This document shows positions 41,475-53,336 of a stretch of 64,000 nt of DNA, piece after piece (position 1 is the first letter of the stretch; each line of letters begins with the position of its first letter). Below the pieces are notes generated by a model. The model was not told the DNA's origin, ran no database searches, and saw nothing but the letters and a program-made list of their open reading frames with translations. Position numbers and translations under genes: made by a program. Origin of the DNA: an uncultured Nitrososphaeraceae archaeon (GTDB lineage: Archaea; Thermoproteota; Nitrososphaeria; Nitrososphaerales; Nitrososphaeraceae); NCBI GenBank assembly GCA_963837175.1, contig CAWIMJ010000025.1, positions 1 through 64,000 of the forward strand, read 5' to 3'.

Positions 41475-44213
41475 TTACCCCAAGACCGTTTTCATAACTA
41501 ATTCTTCTGCTGAAAGTAACGCCTCTTGTATTTTTGCTTTCAATTTCCCCCCACCTTGGCCAAATGTCTCACTTCCTCCTCCTGAGCCTCCAAGATGACT
41601 CGAAAGTTGTTTTGCAATAAGGCCAGCTTTGATTTTTCTAGCTCTTGCTTTTTCACCGACAAAGACAATTACGCGAATTCCTTGACCCTTAGAGACTAGA
41701 GCGATATAAACAAGCAATGGATCTATTTCGATAGATTTTTCCCCTACAGCAATATAATACTCCTCATCTAGTTCGTCATCATAAATATTGTAGAGTTTAA
41801 TTCCTTGTGGTACAAGTTGTCGTCCCTCCGCAGAAATTGACTTTGCTATTAAAGGTGCAGTTTTTCGTAACATTATCTTGACCTTTTTCTTTATCTCTTC
41901 TGACTCCTCAAGGCTTTTTTGGAATGTCTCAACCACCTTTTCTCGGCTCGAACCTAAAGATCGTGCAATAACATTGAGCTGATTTTCCTGCTTTTGTATA
42001 TAGTTCAATGCAGCTTGCCCAGCTGCGAATTCTAATCTTACTATGCCGTCTTGAATTCTTTCTGCTTTTATTATTTTGATAAGCCCTATTTCACCACTTC
42101 GGCTAATGTGAGTTCCTCCACACGCTTCGATGTCCCAGCCCTCAATATTTACAATTCTAATATTGTTACTTGGAACCGCGCCGCCTTGATAGATTCTAAA
42201 TGAGTATTGTTGTTCAGCATCGCCGCGGTCATATAACTTGATTCTAACCGGCAAATTACGTCTGATTACATCATTTGCAGTCTGTTCAATTCTTTCAACT
42301 TCTTCCCTATTAAGAGCAGAATGATGAGTGATATCAAGTCTGGCGTAGCCTTCTTCCTTAAAGGCAGAATTTTGCCAGACCCAGGATCCAAGGTTAATTC
42401 TGGAAGATGTATTAAGGATGTGTGTTGCAGTGTGATGTTTAGTAATTAGATCTCGTCTTCGACCATTTATGGTTGCAGAGACGGTTTTTCCTTCAATAAA
42501 ATCTTTTTCCCTTGCATCGTTTAGCTTATGAATGACAATGTCTGACTGTTTCATCACTTCGATAACTTTTATATCATCAATGTCTCCATGATCTGGTTCT
42601 TGGCCACCACCACGAGGATAAAAGGCAGTTTGATCTAAAATAATATATTTATTATCTATTATCTTGATGATCTTCGCAGTAAATTTACGGATAGTTTCAT
42701 CTTCATAATATAATAGCCTCGTAGGTGCAAGATTTTCAAGACCGTATATGGGTTCTTGAGCCTGTGCTGATGCTTGACTCGTGTGAAGTTCGGCGAGCTT
42801 TGTATAAAAAGTAGAAGGAATGCTTTCTATTGCTCCTGATTCCATTAAAAAGTCTGGAGTGATACCGTCAGATTCATACATTCTAATGAGATCCTCAACT
42901 ATTATTTTCTTTTTATTATTTTTTATAGCAGCAGCGATTGATTCCATTCTTTCTCTAGACCCTATGTATCTACTGGATTCAATCTGAAGAATTGTTCGAA
43001 CATCTTCCCTATAATCTTCAAGTTCGGGATACATCTGTTTAAGATAATCAATATGAATATCAGCAACATCTTCAAGTTTTATGTTCCAACCGAGTCTATC
43101 TATTATTGAAAGCGCTCTTCTTAGTATCACTCTAAGATTATATCCTCCGCCCACATTTGACGGAAGAGATCCGTCTGAAATTGCAAATAATAACGTACGA
43201 CTATGATCTGCAATAGTGTAAATTGCTTCGTAAGGAGTAATCATTTTTACAAGCTGATCCTTGGAGATTTCTAATTCCTTAGCAATGAAAGACTTCAATT
43301 CTTTGATATCTCTGTTCATATCGTCAACTTTACTAGAAGCTGCCTCAAAGTATTTGGATAAAAGGCCTGAATCTTCACAAGTGCCGACGGTTCCAAGTAA
43401 TTGTTGTACAACTGGACCGAAAGAGCAATCATAACTTGTAGGTGTTCCCATTGTAATCCATGACAAGCGCTCAAGTCCCGCTCCCATATCGATAATCCTG
43501 TTTGACATTACACGATAGCTATTCTCATTTCCTTCAAATTCCGTAAAAACGGCATTGCCTAATTCTAGGCCACTTACAAAATATTCCAAGGAGTATCCAA
43601 ACGCCCCAGCACCCATCCAGACGTCTTCAACAAAGGTAATTTCTTCTGGAGCTATTCCAAGACCCTTTGTAAGCATCCCGTAATCCAAATCAATACACTT
43701 ATCTTTCCAATAACCACCAGTTGCATCGGCATTGCAAGTCTGTCCGATCATACAAAATCCTGTGTAGTGCCTACCGCTCAAACCTACATTTTCAATGTCG
43801 TTAAAACGTAAGCACATTTGCGGTACAAGCAGTGGATTTGAAGGCAATTCAAAAACTACTTTGCTTCCTACAACTCTTTGAAAATCAACAATTGATGCTA
43901 TTGTAAAATACAGATCCTCTCGCCACCTACAGACAACTGGATAACGTCTAATTATTGAATGACTGTTTGAACTGAAATATTCTTTTACTTCCTTCCAAGC
44001 GTTAACGTAATCTAATCGCTTTCTTGTTGGAGGTTTGCCTATAAAACTATAGTTTTCATGAACAGGGCAAAATGTCCTTTCAACTATTGCCCAGAAGAAA
44101 TTGCTACATATATTGCATTTCTGCCTAATGAATCCCTTTCTATTAAACAATGATACTCTATAATATTTGTCAGGATTAGATGAAAAGAGACTAGCAAGTT
44201 CCTTTTTTCTCAA
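41475..44213 (-). CDS. alaS: Alanyl-tRNA synthetase
   Basis: DMGAGLER, DHSR, HTATH, CGGTH. Confidence 0.98.
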   Translation of the reverse strand: MRKKELASLFSSNPDKYYRVSLFNRKGFIRQKCNICSNFFWAIVERTFCPVHENYSFIGKPPTRKRLDYVNAWKEVKEYFSSNSHSIIRRYPVVCRWREDLYFTIASIVDFQRVVGSKVVFELPSNPLLVPQMCLRFNDIENVGLSGRHYTGFCMIGQTCNADATGGYWKDKCIDLDYGMLTKGLGIAPEEITFVEDVWMGAGAFGYSLEYFVSGLELGNAVFTEFEGNENSYRVMSNRIIDMGAGLERLSWITMGTPTSYDCSFGPVVQQLLGTVGTCEDSGLLSKYFEAASSKVDDMNRDIKELKSFIAKELEISKDQLVKMITPYEAIYTIADHSRTLLFAISDGSLPSNVGGGYNLRVILRRALSIIDRLGWNIKLEDVADIHIDYLKQMYPELEDYREDVRTILQIESSRYIGSRERMESIAAAIKNNKKKIIVEDLIRMYESDGITPDFLMESGAIESIPSTFYTKLAELHTSQASAQAQEPIYGLENLAPTRLLYYEDETIRKFTAKIIKIIDNKYIILDQTAFYPRGGGQEPDHGDIDDIKVIEVMKQSDIVIHKLNDAREKDFIEGKTVSATINGRRRDLITKHHTATHILNTSSRINLGSWVWQNSAFKEEGYARLDITHHSALNREEVERIEQTANDVIRRNLPVRIKLYDRGDAEQQYSFRIYQGGAVPSNNIRIVNIEGWDIEACGGTHISRSGEIGLIKIIKAERIQDGIVRLEFAAGQAALNYIQKQENQLNVIARSLGSSREKVVETFQKSLEESEEIKKKVKIMLRKTAPLIAKSISAEGRQLVPQGIKLYNIYDDELDEEYYIAVGEKSIEIDPLLVYIALVSKGQGIRVIVFVGEKARARKIKAGLIAKQLSSHLGGSGGGSETFGQGGGKLKAKIQEALLSAEELVMKTVLG

Positions 44214-44295
44214 TGCTTGCTATCCGTGGCAAGTAACGATATTAATGCTTTTGTAGAGAATAAAAATAAAAGAAGGTAGCCATTGATATAGCAAT

Positions 44296-44640
44296 TTAAG
44301 CCTTTGAAAGTGACTGTTCTATAAATTTCTGATATGCTTCTTTGGGAGCAGCACCTATTGTTCTTGCAATTTCCTTACCTGCTTTGAACAATAATAGTGA
44401 GGGTATTGACTGAATGCCGTACTTCCTGGCGATTTCTTGGTTTTCATCGACATTTAGCTTTGCTACCTTTATCTTGTCATTCATTGTTTGTGATAGCTGC
44501 TCGACAGCTGGCCCAACCATCCTACAAGGGCCACACCATTCAGCCCAAAAGTCTACTAATACTGGCAAATCTGAATTTATAACATCAGTCTCCCAAGACT
44601 TTGTTGTTACATGAATTACATTTTCACTTTTGCTTTCCAT
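44296..44640 (-). CDS. trxA: Thioredoxin
   Basis: DFWAEWCGPC. Confidence 0.97.
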   Translation of the reverse strand: MESKSENVIHVTTKSWETDVINSDLPVLVDFWAEWCGPCRMVGPAVEQLSQTMNDKIKVAKLNVDENQEIARKYGIQSIPSLLLFKAGKEIARTIGAAPKEAYQKFIEQSLSKA

Positions 44641-45082
44641 TATTTTCAGTTATTTGGATCCCTATTTGAATTGTATTGTAATATAGCAATCTAATATCTT
44701 TCAATAAATCCACTGCAACAGCTTTCGCCTATCGTAATAATAGCCACTTTTTAAGTCAAAGAGAAAACATTAACTTCGAATGTTGGTAACTAAAAATAGA
44801 GTAGGGTATGTCGTAATACTTGCATATATGACATAGAGAACCTTAGATTGAGGACTATTTTATATTCCTCACCAATAGTTATATAATATATCAATTTGAT
44901 TTTATTATTTCTGAATTTATATGTCAAGACATCCACAAATAGACTCCTGTGATAGCAACTCCCGTTATTACTTTGCATTCAATGTACCACAAATATTATG
45001 ATAATAGAGAGAACTTGGTTATAATTTTGCTCGAAATATTATGTTTTAATATTCAAAGGATAATTATAATTTATCATACAAA

Positions 45083-45469
45083 TTGACAAGTGCAAATAAT
45101 TTCGCATTAGAACAAGCAAAATCAACAAAAGCTATAGAGTGGATGAATTCATATGCTAAGATGAAAAATAAAAAATTTGAAGCTAGAGTAGAGGAATATT
45201 CTTTATCTACTTTAAAATTTGGTAATTTCGACGCAATATATTGGAAGGGTGATTGGTCAGCAGCTCGCTCCATAATCATTAAAGCAAGCAGCAAGTTAAA
45301 TATGAAAGTTATAGAGGCAGGTTACCATAAAAAAGGCAATCTTGTGTCATTGCTCCTTGGTGGTAGGGATGAAATCGCCAAGGTATACAGCGGCGGAAAC
45401 CTTATTGGCAACATAGTATTAAAATCAAAATCAGGTAAGTGGATTGTAAAATCAGAAAAACCAATTTAA
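45083..45469 (+). CDS. Conserved hypothetical protein
   Basis: 128-aa ORF with plausible globular composition. Confidence 0.65.
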   Translation: MTSANNFALEQAKSTKAIEWMNSYAKMKNKKFEARVEEYSLSTLKFGNFDAIYWKGDWSAARSIIIKASSKLNMKVIEAGYHKKGNLVSLLLGGRDEIAKVYSGGNLIGNIVLKSKSGKWIVKSEKPI

Positions 45470-45531
45470 GGATATACAAACGATTCAATATAATGTATAA
45501 TCTAGTAACATTTGTTTCGATGATCAATAAA

Positions 45532-45975
45532 CTATCTTTGCGAAAATTGTTCGACCTGCTTTTTTAAAGCGACATTCATTTCGCTAAGAGTATGTCTTAT
45601 ATCATTTTCCAATCGGTCACCTGCAAGATATGCTCCTACTCCAGTAAAAATTTCTCTATGAAAAAAAAGCACACTACTTCCTCCAATCGGGTCTATAGTA
45701 AAAATGCGTTCACCATTGAATATCCCTGGGAAAAACGATTTTCCGAACCAACGTAGTTCATGATTTGGTTCGAGCTTTGTGATAGTAGGTTTATAAATCC
45801 TGTTTTTACCGCTTCTAGTTCTAAGGTGAACTTCCAACTTTGTTTTAACCTTTGCTTCTCCCTTTATTTCAATAATAACAGGGTTCCATTTACTAAAGCT
45901 TGGGAAATCTGTAAGTACCTGCCACACACGTTCTGAAGATGCCATGATTTCAAGTTCGGTATTAATTTCTTTCAA
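45532..45975 (-). CDS. SRPBCC (polyketide cyclase/START-like) family protein
   Basis: VWQVLTDF..WNP...ELRWFG...MNVALK. Confidence 0.88.
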   Translation of the reverse strand: MKEINTELEIMASSERVWQVLTDFPSFSKWNPVIIEIKGEAKVKTKLEVHLRTRSGKNRIYKPTITKLEPNHELRWFGKSFFPGIFNGERIFTIDPIGGSSVLFFHREIFTGVGAYLAGDRLENDIRHTLSEMNVALKKQVEQFSQR

Positions 45976-46323
45976 TAGCAGTCAGTTTCTAATTATTAAA
46001 CGTCAATAGCACTTAAACGTATTTTGGTAGTACCACAATTAGCTCTTCATGTTTGTATCCCATTCATGAATTTATTCTCAATAATTAAAGAGAAGTTGTC
46101 TAAATCGCATGAATATGACTTTAGGTTTCTTCTACTACTCTCTCATTCTAGCATTTTCTAACATATTCCATAATTCTTAAATGTACATTTCAAATCTATA
46201 CTTTTTTCTGTGGATATTCATCAATTCTTATATATTTCAACTGTCATTTGTTATTAGTCTATCTACAGAAGATTTGGATAAAATTATTATTATACATCTA
46301 CTGAATATAATGAAGGATCGCTA

Positions 46324-46500
46324 TCAAATACGGATACCTGATGAATACCAATTTCCATGTGATGCTTCTTGAAACACTATTATGACTTCTTTTTTCTCGA
46401 CCTTAAGTATTTTCGCCACGTCCTCTGTAATTGCCTCTGCCAATCTATCTTTTTCTCTTTGGGTTCTACCGCTATACATTGCCACGGTGATTATTGGCAC
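46324..46500 (-). CDS. 4-oxalocrotonate tautomerase family protein
   Basis: GTG start giving Pro-1: PIITVAMYSGRTQREKDRLAEAITE...NWYSSG. Confidence 0.9.
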   Translation of the reverse strand: MPIITVAMYSGRTQREKDRLAEAITEDVAKILKVEKKEVIIVFQEASHGNWYSSGIRI

Positions 46501-46698
46501 GGAGAGAATTGTCACAAGCAATAGATAAGAATTGCTGCTTTGTATCTAAATATTATATACCGTAATAGATATTACTAATTGTTTTGTGGTTAGATTAGAA
46601 GATGGAAATTCCAACTATTACACTTAGATGTCAGATAATATATTTCTACTCAAATGTGGCGTGTAAATCTAGTATATATACACAACAATTCTCTAGCA

Positions 46699-47491
46699 GG
46701 CTCTGTTCACTTAAGAACATCATCATCTCATTTTGAATAAGTTTATTATGAATATCCACAAACATACTCAACCAATTTATAACGTGATACAATTTGCATC
46801 TTTTCTTCTTCTTCTTAGTACAAGTAAAATAATAATCATCATCAAAACTTTCAGTCCTGTCCTTAAAATATTGTACTGTTCTTTCTTTCTATATATGATA
46901 TACTTTTTTCAAATGAAGAATATATGTAGATGATGATGATGTTTTAATTTCAGAAATTTGCAGGCTTGTGGTGGTGGTATGATACCATGTACCACCGCCA
47001 TCTGAAGATACTTTACTTTATGTTTTGCCTATTTTATTACTAAATGCTTCAGAAACTGTTCTGCTGCTACTACAATCATATTTCTTCTTCTTTCCAATGA
47101 AAGATGAATTCCTAAAACTTACTTCCTTATTTATTGGATGGTTCTATAATAGCAACCAACCCATAACCAGAAATAGTCCTTGCCTATTTGAATGAATTAG
47201 GGTTTCATCAATGATAAATTCAGAAATCCTTTTTCTTTTACACAGTATATTTTTTGAGGATTATAATGATGCTGCTGTAACCACTTTTAAATTGAAACAT
47301 GACTTCTTTTTTTAACAAATGGAGATAAAGCTTTTGTGGACGTATCTCTAAAAGATAATCCTAAAAAATAAATATAAGTATAACCCATAACAAACGTACT
47401 TTGCAGACGTTCTGTTTCTTTTAAATAAATATGTGCATAAAAGAAGTAGGATTCATCCAGCTATAGATTTATCGCTAAGTTAACAGAGCCC
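46699..47491 (-). mobile_element. IS6-family insertion sequence with decayed transposase
   Basis: TIRs GGCTCTGTT(C/A)ACTTA; 8-bp duplication CTCTAGCA at 46691-46698 and 47492-47499; remnants FIIDET, SDGGGTWY, YFKDRTESFDD. Confidence 0.9.
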
Positions 47492-47877
47492 CTCTAGCAT
47501 GTAATCATCTCTATCTTCTGTATGTTGCGAGTTAGTCCATTATTCTTTTTAGGATTTCTTAACCCAATCTGAATTTTCATACTAACATGAAATCTTCGGA
47601 TATTACAATGTTATTTCTTGGTTTAATAATACATGATATTCAGCTTGTCAATCGTTAACATTCTAGTAGTATAGATCTTTGACTGGGGTATAAGTGTGGT
47701 TTATTACTTCCGTTTTTATATCCTCCTCATACTAAGATGTCAACATACTTTTTATATTTTCAATTTGTTGCTCTTGTTAAATTTTATACTCTCAATTCTG
47801 TTTTTTTAAGTTATTACAACGAGGCTAAGTAAAAGATGTCCTCTTCATAGTTTTGCTAAAATTAGAATAAATCTAGT

Positions 47878-48549
47878 TTATAAATTTCTTTTATAAAGCA
47901 ACAGTATTGCATTTACTATCGATGAGGCAACAGGACTACCTCCCTTTCTGCCCACATTGAAAATAGATGGAGTATTGATCTTATTAAGTTCTTCTTTGGA
48001 TTCCGAAGCAGAAACAAAACCTACTGGAATCCCCACAACAAGTGCAGGTTTTGTCACATTCTCTCTAACCATCTTTATTATTTCATATAAAGCAGTTGGA
48101 GCATTACCAATGGCCACTATTCCACCATTAATTTCCTCTGCAGCATACCTCATTGCCATTTCTGATCTAGTTTTATTAAGTTTGCGAGCTTTATCGGTTA
48201 CTATTTTATCAGAAATATAACATGCAGTCTTCAGTCCTAAGTCAGTAATAGATTTTTTATTCAGTGCAGATAACACCATATCTACATCAGTGACAATATT
48301 ACATTTATTTTTAATAGCATTGAATGCAGAATCGATAGGATTGTTGTTGAATATTATTTTTCCTGTCCGCGCAAAATCGAAATCTGCAGTGGCATGAATT
48401 GCTCGACGTACAATAGCCCATTCTAATTCATTATAACTGTGAGAACCTACTTCAGAATCGATTATATCAAAGCTTAATTTTTCAATATCAAATGCTTTTT
48501 CTGACATTTCTCTTCCTAAGGCAGTTTGGATATTATCTTTAGAAGACAA
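47878..48549 (-). CDS. cbiC: Precorrin-8X/cobalt-precorrin-8 methylmutase
   Basis: IHATADF, IGNAPTAL, GIPVGFV, GRKGGS. Confidence 0.95.
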   Translation of the reverse strand: MSSKDNIQTALGREMSEKAFDIEKLSFDIIDSEVGSHSYNELEWAIVRRAIHATADFDFARTGKIIFNNNPIDSAFNAIKNKCNIVTDVDMVLSALNKKSITDLGLKTACYISDKIVTDKARKLNKTRSEMAMRYAAEEINGGIVAIGNAPTALYEIIKMVRENVTKPALVVGIPVGFVSASESKEELNKINTPSIFNVGRKGGSPVASSIVNAILLLYKRNL

Positions 48550-49298
48550 TTTTTTGTTCCACATCTCGCGTACGCTCCAGGTACAAGGTCGACCAATTTT
48601 TCATCTACTCCCAAATGCCTTGCCATAAACACATTTTTGAAGCTATATTTTTTTAATGCGGAATTGACGTCATTAATAACGTCGCGTTTAATATGAGCAC
48701 CTTTATGTAAGAAGTATGGCAGCAACAAAATAATTTTTGGATTGTACTCCAACACATTTCTTATGCCATCATCTATATCTGGAGCGTCTAATTCAAGAAA
48801 ACAAAAGGCAACTCTGCGATAATATGGTTTTAGGCTATTTACAGTATAAAGTAGTGCATCCCTCGCATTCTTGTCGCTGCTCCCATGTCCTATCACAAGA
48901 ATATCACATTCAGAGTTAGGATAATGAATCTTTTGTTCATTTTTTAATTGATTAATTCTGTCAATTACCACTTCAGTCATCATAGAATGGTAGCTTAATG
49001 GCTTGGCTATCACCAATTTCAAATTTCTTATCCTCGCTATTTTGGCACTTTTCTTAACCGAATCTTTTAGCTTCATACCCGGATATAGAAAATAGGGCAT
49101 GACTGTTATGAACTCAGCACCGTTCTCAACACATTTTTTAATTCCCTCTTCTATGAAGGGTGGCAGAACTTCCAGAAAGCAATAATCCGTATAATGATAC
49201 TCTCCTTTGCGTTTAGCAATTGAACATATATGCCGAAGCTCTTCTCTCACATCTGCTTCTCTGCTTCCCCTATCAATGATGAGCAGTGCTCTTTTCAA
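48539..49298 (-). CDS. cbiX: Sirohydrochlorin cobaltochelatase (two-domain CbiX); probable 1-nt insertion near 48580
   Basis: DRGSR / GHGSS, FLEL, PYFLHKGAH; shifted frame gives DLVLERTRDVEQKIVF*. Confidence 0.9.
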
Positions 49299-50369
49299 TT
49301 AATCAAACTTCACCCTAGATACGGCTACAGTGAGATTAGGTGGAAATTTTTGTTTCGGAACTATTAACTCACCTTTTGAACTTAAAATTGACGAAGCTTC
49401 TGAAACGCTAGGGGTACCTTCAAACTTTTGCACTATCTTGGATGGATTTGGCACTATGACTTGACCTAGTTTGCCTTTATCATATATTTCAACAGGAATT
49501 CCATACTTCTCAGAAAATTCTTGCAATCCCTTTATCTTTCCTTCTTTATTAATGGATGCTATATTGCGAATGCTCTTAAAGCTTAATCCTTTATCTTTCA
49601 ATACGTTTATTACTCCAGTTTCAATAATATCTTTAGTTGTGTCTCTGTGAAGTCCTATTCCCACTACCAGACTCTTAGGTCTATATATTACTGACTTTTC
49701 CAATATGACTGGATCATCGACTATTTTATCTGAGATAATTAATGCTCCCTTGAAATCTGGCACTTTCAATTCACAAAGATCTTTAGTTAGGATTACGTTT
49801 TGTGGAAATGACTTTGGATGCCACCAATTCTTCTCACCTGTGTCCTGATAAAGACCTATTTTCTCTTCATTAACCATAAAGGCACTGACCTTTGTAACAT
49901 TCTCATAATTTTCTATTTTCCAACCAAAGTCTCTTCCAACTAAATCGACTGGAATAGTTTCATTAACATCTGCAGCAGTTGTTATTACTGGCTTTGAGTT
50001 AAGATATGAAGCAATCAATCGTGTTAGAGCATTGGCTCCTCCAAGATGCCCAGACAATGTACTGATAACGAAATTTGCTTTATCATCAATTACAAGAACA
50101 GCAGGATCAGTCTTCTTATCTACAAGAATAGGTGCGATTATCCGTATAACTGCACCGAGCGAAAATACACATATTAATGCGTCATATCTTTTAAAGAGAT
50201 TTGCAACCATTTCGGTAGTTTGCTTATCAAACCAATGTATATCATCCTCTGAATCAACAAGTTTTATTGGAGCATAGATCTCTGCTCGTTGTAGGTTATC
50301 CTTTATTTTACGAGCGATCGCGATTCCATGCTTTGTAATTGCTACAACTGCTATCTTCTCATTTATCAA
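49299..50369 (-). CDS. cbiG: Cobalt-precorrin-5A hydrolase
   Basis: DKKTDPAV, LSGHLGGAN, ITTAAD, SVSEAS. Confidence 0.95.
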   Translation of the reverse strand: MINEKIAVVAITKHGIAIARKIKDNLQRAEIYAPIKLVDSEDDIHWFDKQTTEMVANLFKRYDALICVFSLGAVIRIIAPILVDKKTDPAVLVIDDKANFVISTLSGHLGGANALTRLIASYLNSKPVITTAADVNETIPVDLVGRDFGWKIENYENVTKVSAFMVNEEKIGLYQDTGEKNWWHPKSFPQNVILTKDLCELKVPDFKGALIISDKIVDDPVILEKSVIYRPKSLVVGIGLHRDTTKDIIETGVINVLKDKGLSFKSIRNIASINKEGKIKGLQEFSEKYGIPVEIYDKGKLGQVIVPNPSKIVQKFEGTPSVSEASSILSSKGELIVPKQKFPPNLTVAVSRVKFD

Positions 50370-50598
50370 GTAATATATAAGCTGCAATTCGATAGGGAAA
50401 ATAATCTTTTGCATTATTGTATGATTTCGCTGAGTCAGCGGTTGAATTATATTGTCTGAAAGATAATTTCTTTAAATTAAGACTCTCCAACGTTCAAATA
50501 GAATATTATTAATATCAATACCTCTGATACTTGCCACGTTTACACATATTTGGAATCCTATAGGATTTCCTGATATTTTCTACGACGAAGGGATCTAC

Positions 50599-51969
50599 AT
50601 GCGTAGAGCCATGCATGTATTGGAAGGCTTTGGACCACAGGAATCATACTTTTACGATCATCCTTTCTTTGGACAGGTTTTTTTGGCAGCTACTTTAGCA
50701 ATAATTGGTTATCCTGATTCATTGAACCCTGAGTCAGAAGATATCCGTTCAATTGAAATGCTATATATTGTTCCTAGAATAATAATAGGAATTCTTGCTG
50801 TTATTGATACTCTAATTATCTATATAATATCAGAACGTTGTTACAACTGGAAGGTTGCCCTATTTGCCTCTCTTCTATTTGCCGTGATGCCAATAACTTG
50901 GCTCACTAGACGAATATTGTTAGATTCCATCCTTTTACCATTTCTTTTATCTTCAATACTTTTTGCAATTTACCTTAGGTATTCAAATCACAAATTTGTT
51001 CCTATTTTGATATCAGGAATTTCTTTAGGATTAGCTATATTTACAAAGACTCCAATAGTTACAATTATTCCATTAGTAGCCTTTCTAATTTTTAAGAATA
51101 GTGATAAGAATGCAAAGATGCTTGGTTTATGGTTCGTCCCTGTCATCTTGATTCCGTTAATATGGCCTGCTCATGCAGCGTATTTTGGTCAATTCGATTT
51201 TTGGTTGAAAGATATTACATGGCAGACGCAACGGCACAATAATGGATTCAGTTCTATAGTTACTTCTTTTTTTCAGATTGATCCAGTCTTACTGATACTG
51301 AGTTCTGTTGGAATTGTGTTTGCAGCACTAGAGAAGAATTATTTCCTTTTGTTATGGATAATCCCATTCACGATATTCCTATCAGTTATTGGCTTTGCAC
51401 AATACTTCTATTGGATACCAATACTGCCGGCTTGTTGCATCGCTGTATCTAGATTTATTATTCGTCAGTTAGAAAATATAGCCAATCCAAAATTTAGAAG
51501 AATGCTTTTGTTCGCCATAAGCTCAGGAATAGTAATTTTTGGATTAGTAAATAACACTATGTTAATAATGACTGATATCTCCGGCGGCCAGTTTCAGGCA
51601 GCAGCGTCTGCCTTCAAATACCTTCAAGGAAATGAGAATGACAATAAAAATAGCAGTTCCAATGTAACGTTGATTTCAAGCCCGGTTTATTCCTGGATAT
51701 TTAATTATGTATTTAATAAACAGCACATATTTTCAGACTATCGAGATCTTCTTTATTCGCCTGTCCACACAAAAAAAATCCTTTTAATAGCTGATCCTCA
51801 TCTTAAGTCAAATATTGGTTCAGGTGAACTACACGATATATACGAGAATACAACGGTCATTAAGACCTTCATAGGAGACGTATTGAATTTTGATCTCCAT
51901 AAATATCCATATACGAGCATGGTCAAAAATTATGAGGGCAGTATAATAGAAATAAGAATAAGATCTTGA
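50599..51969 (+). CDS. GT-C fold glycosyltransferase (PMT/ArnT-like); true start probably upstream (~50450-50490)
   Basis: Upstream in-frame YDEGIYM; YDHPFFGQ; multiple TM helices. Confidence 0.85.
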   Translation: MRRAMHVLEGFGPQESYFYDHPFFGQVFLAATLAIIGYPDSLNPESEDIRSIEMLYIVPRIIIGILAVIDTLIIYIISERCYNWKVALFASLLFAVMPITWLTRRILLDSILLPFLLSSILFAIYLRYSNHKFVPILISGISLGLAIFTKTPIVTIIPLVAFLIFKNSDKNAKMLGLWFVPVILIPLIWPAHAAYFGQFDFWLKDITWQTQRHNNGFSSIVTSFFQIDPVLLILSSVGIVFAALEKNYFLLLWIIPFTIFLSVIGFAQYFYWIPILPACCIAVSRFIIRQLENIANPKFRRMLLFAISSGIVIFGLVNNTMLIMTDISGGQFQAAASAFKYLQGNENDNKNSSSNVTLISSPVYSWIFNYVFNKQHIFSDYRDLLYSPVHTKKILLIADPHLKSNIGSGELHDIYENTTVIKTFIGDVLNFDLHKYPYTSMVKNYEGSIIEIRIRS

Positions 51970-52144
51970 ACTTATCATACAATATCTAAAATAAATATAT
52001 AGTACATCTTCTTAAATAACTATAAGATTTTATAGATATATAATGAAAGTACCCCAATCAATTGAACTATCCTTTAAAGACCCTGCAACAATATCTAACG
52101 AATTACAAGACATAAGCATTTTAGATGACATCGAGATTCTATTT

Positions 52145-53327
52145 TTATGGGTACTGACCACATACATAACCGTCGAATTCAAACATAATCACTTTCATCT
52201 CCAGTTCCCTTTTAGAGTGTTCGTACATCTGCTGATAGACTCTTTTACATATTAAATCAAAAAATCCACTAACATTGTTCTTATTTATTATCTCAGATAC
52301 ATGTCTTGCGGTATTAGCTCGTCTTATGTCTTCAACGACTGAGTCAGGAGAATTACATTCAGCAGCAGTCTTTGCCATGAATTCCATGTTTACATGTGAT
52401 CCCCTTACATGTGTTTGTTTGATTCCCATTGCCATCTTAGTTAATTTTCCAATAAAACCAGCTATGATAGCTTTTTGAATTTTTTTATTTGAACATTGCT
52501 TTATAGCATAACCAGCAAAATCACCTATCTGTATAAAGGCGTGATCGGGTAATGATTTTCCAAATATTCCTTTAGCGAAATCTTCACTACGGCCTCCTGT
52601 AGTTAGGACAACTGTATAGGTGCCCAATGCAACAGATACATCCAAACTCTGACGGATAGAGGCAGCAAAGGATGCGGTAGAATATGGTAATACAATTCCA
52701 GTAGTACCAAGTATCGATATCCCTCCTAATATACCCAATCTTGGATTATCAGTTCTTGTAGCAAGTTCAACGCCTTTAGGAACTGAAATGATTATACTAA
52801 TACCATTTTGTTTCAAATAAGGCACAGAAGCGACCTCTCTGACAGCTTGTTCAATCATTTTTAGAGGTGTCGGATTTATCGCAGGCTTTCCAATCTCAAG
52901 CCCCAATCCTGGCTTTGTTATCCTGCCAACGCCTTTACCTCCATCGATGATTATCTCACCTATTTGATCGACAAGGGATACAGTAGAACAAATTTCAGCT
53001 CCGTCTGTTACATCTGGATCATCTCCTGCATATTTTATAACAGCAGACGTTACTGAATCATTTCCTTCAATTTTTGTCCTTGCAATTTTAATTATTGCAT
53101 TTTTTTCCCTAGGTAAAGAAACTACTACACTATCGACAGTTTTGCCATATATCAAAGCTAAAAGTGCTCGCCTTTGTAGCTGCGGCCGCGGAAGTTCCAG
53201 TAGTATAGCCAGTCCTCAGCTTGCCTTGTTTTTGCTTTTCTTCAATTTCAAAAGGAAGTTCCTGCTCTTGTTCAGCTAAATTCAATTCTTCTTCTTTGTC
53301 ACCTTCAATTTTTTCAAAGTATACCAA
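52145..53327 (-). CDS. cbiD: Cobalt-precorrin-5B C1-methyltransferase; one frameshift at ~53168
   Basis: LRTGYTTGTSAAAA, AGDDPDVT, NPRLGILGGISILGTTG. Confidence 0.93.
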
Positions 53328-53336
53328 AAATAATCC

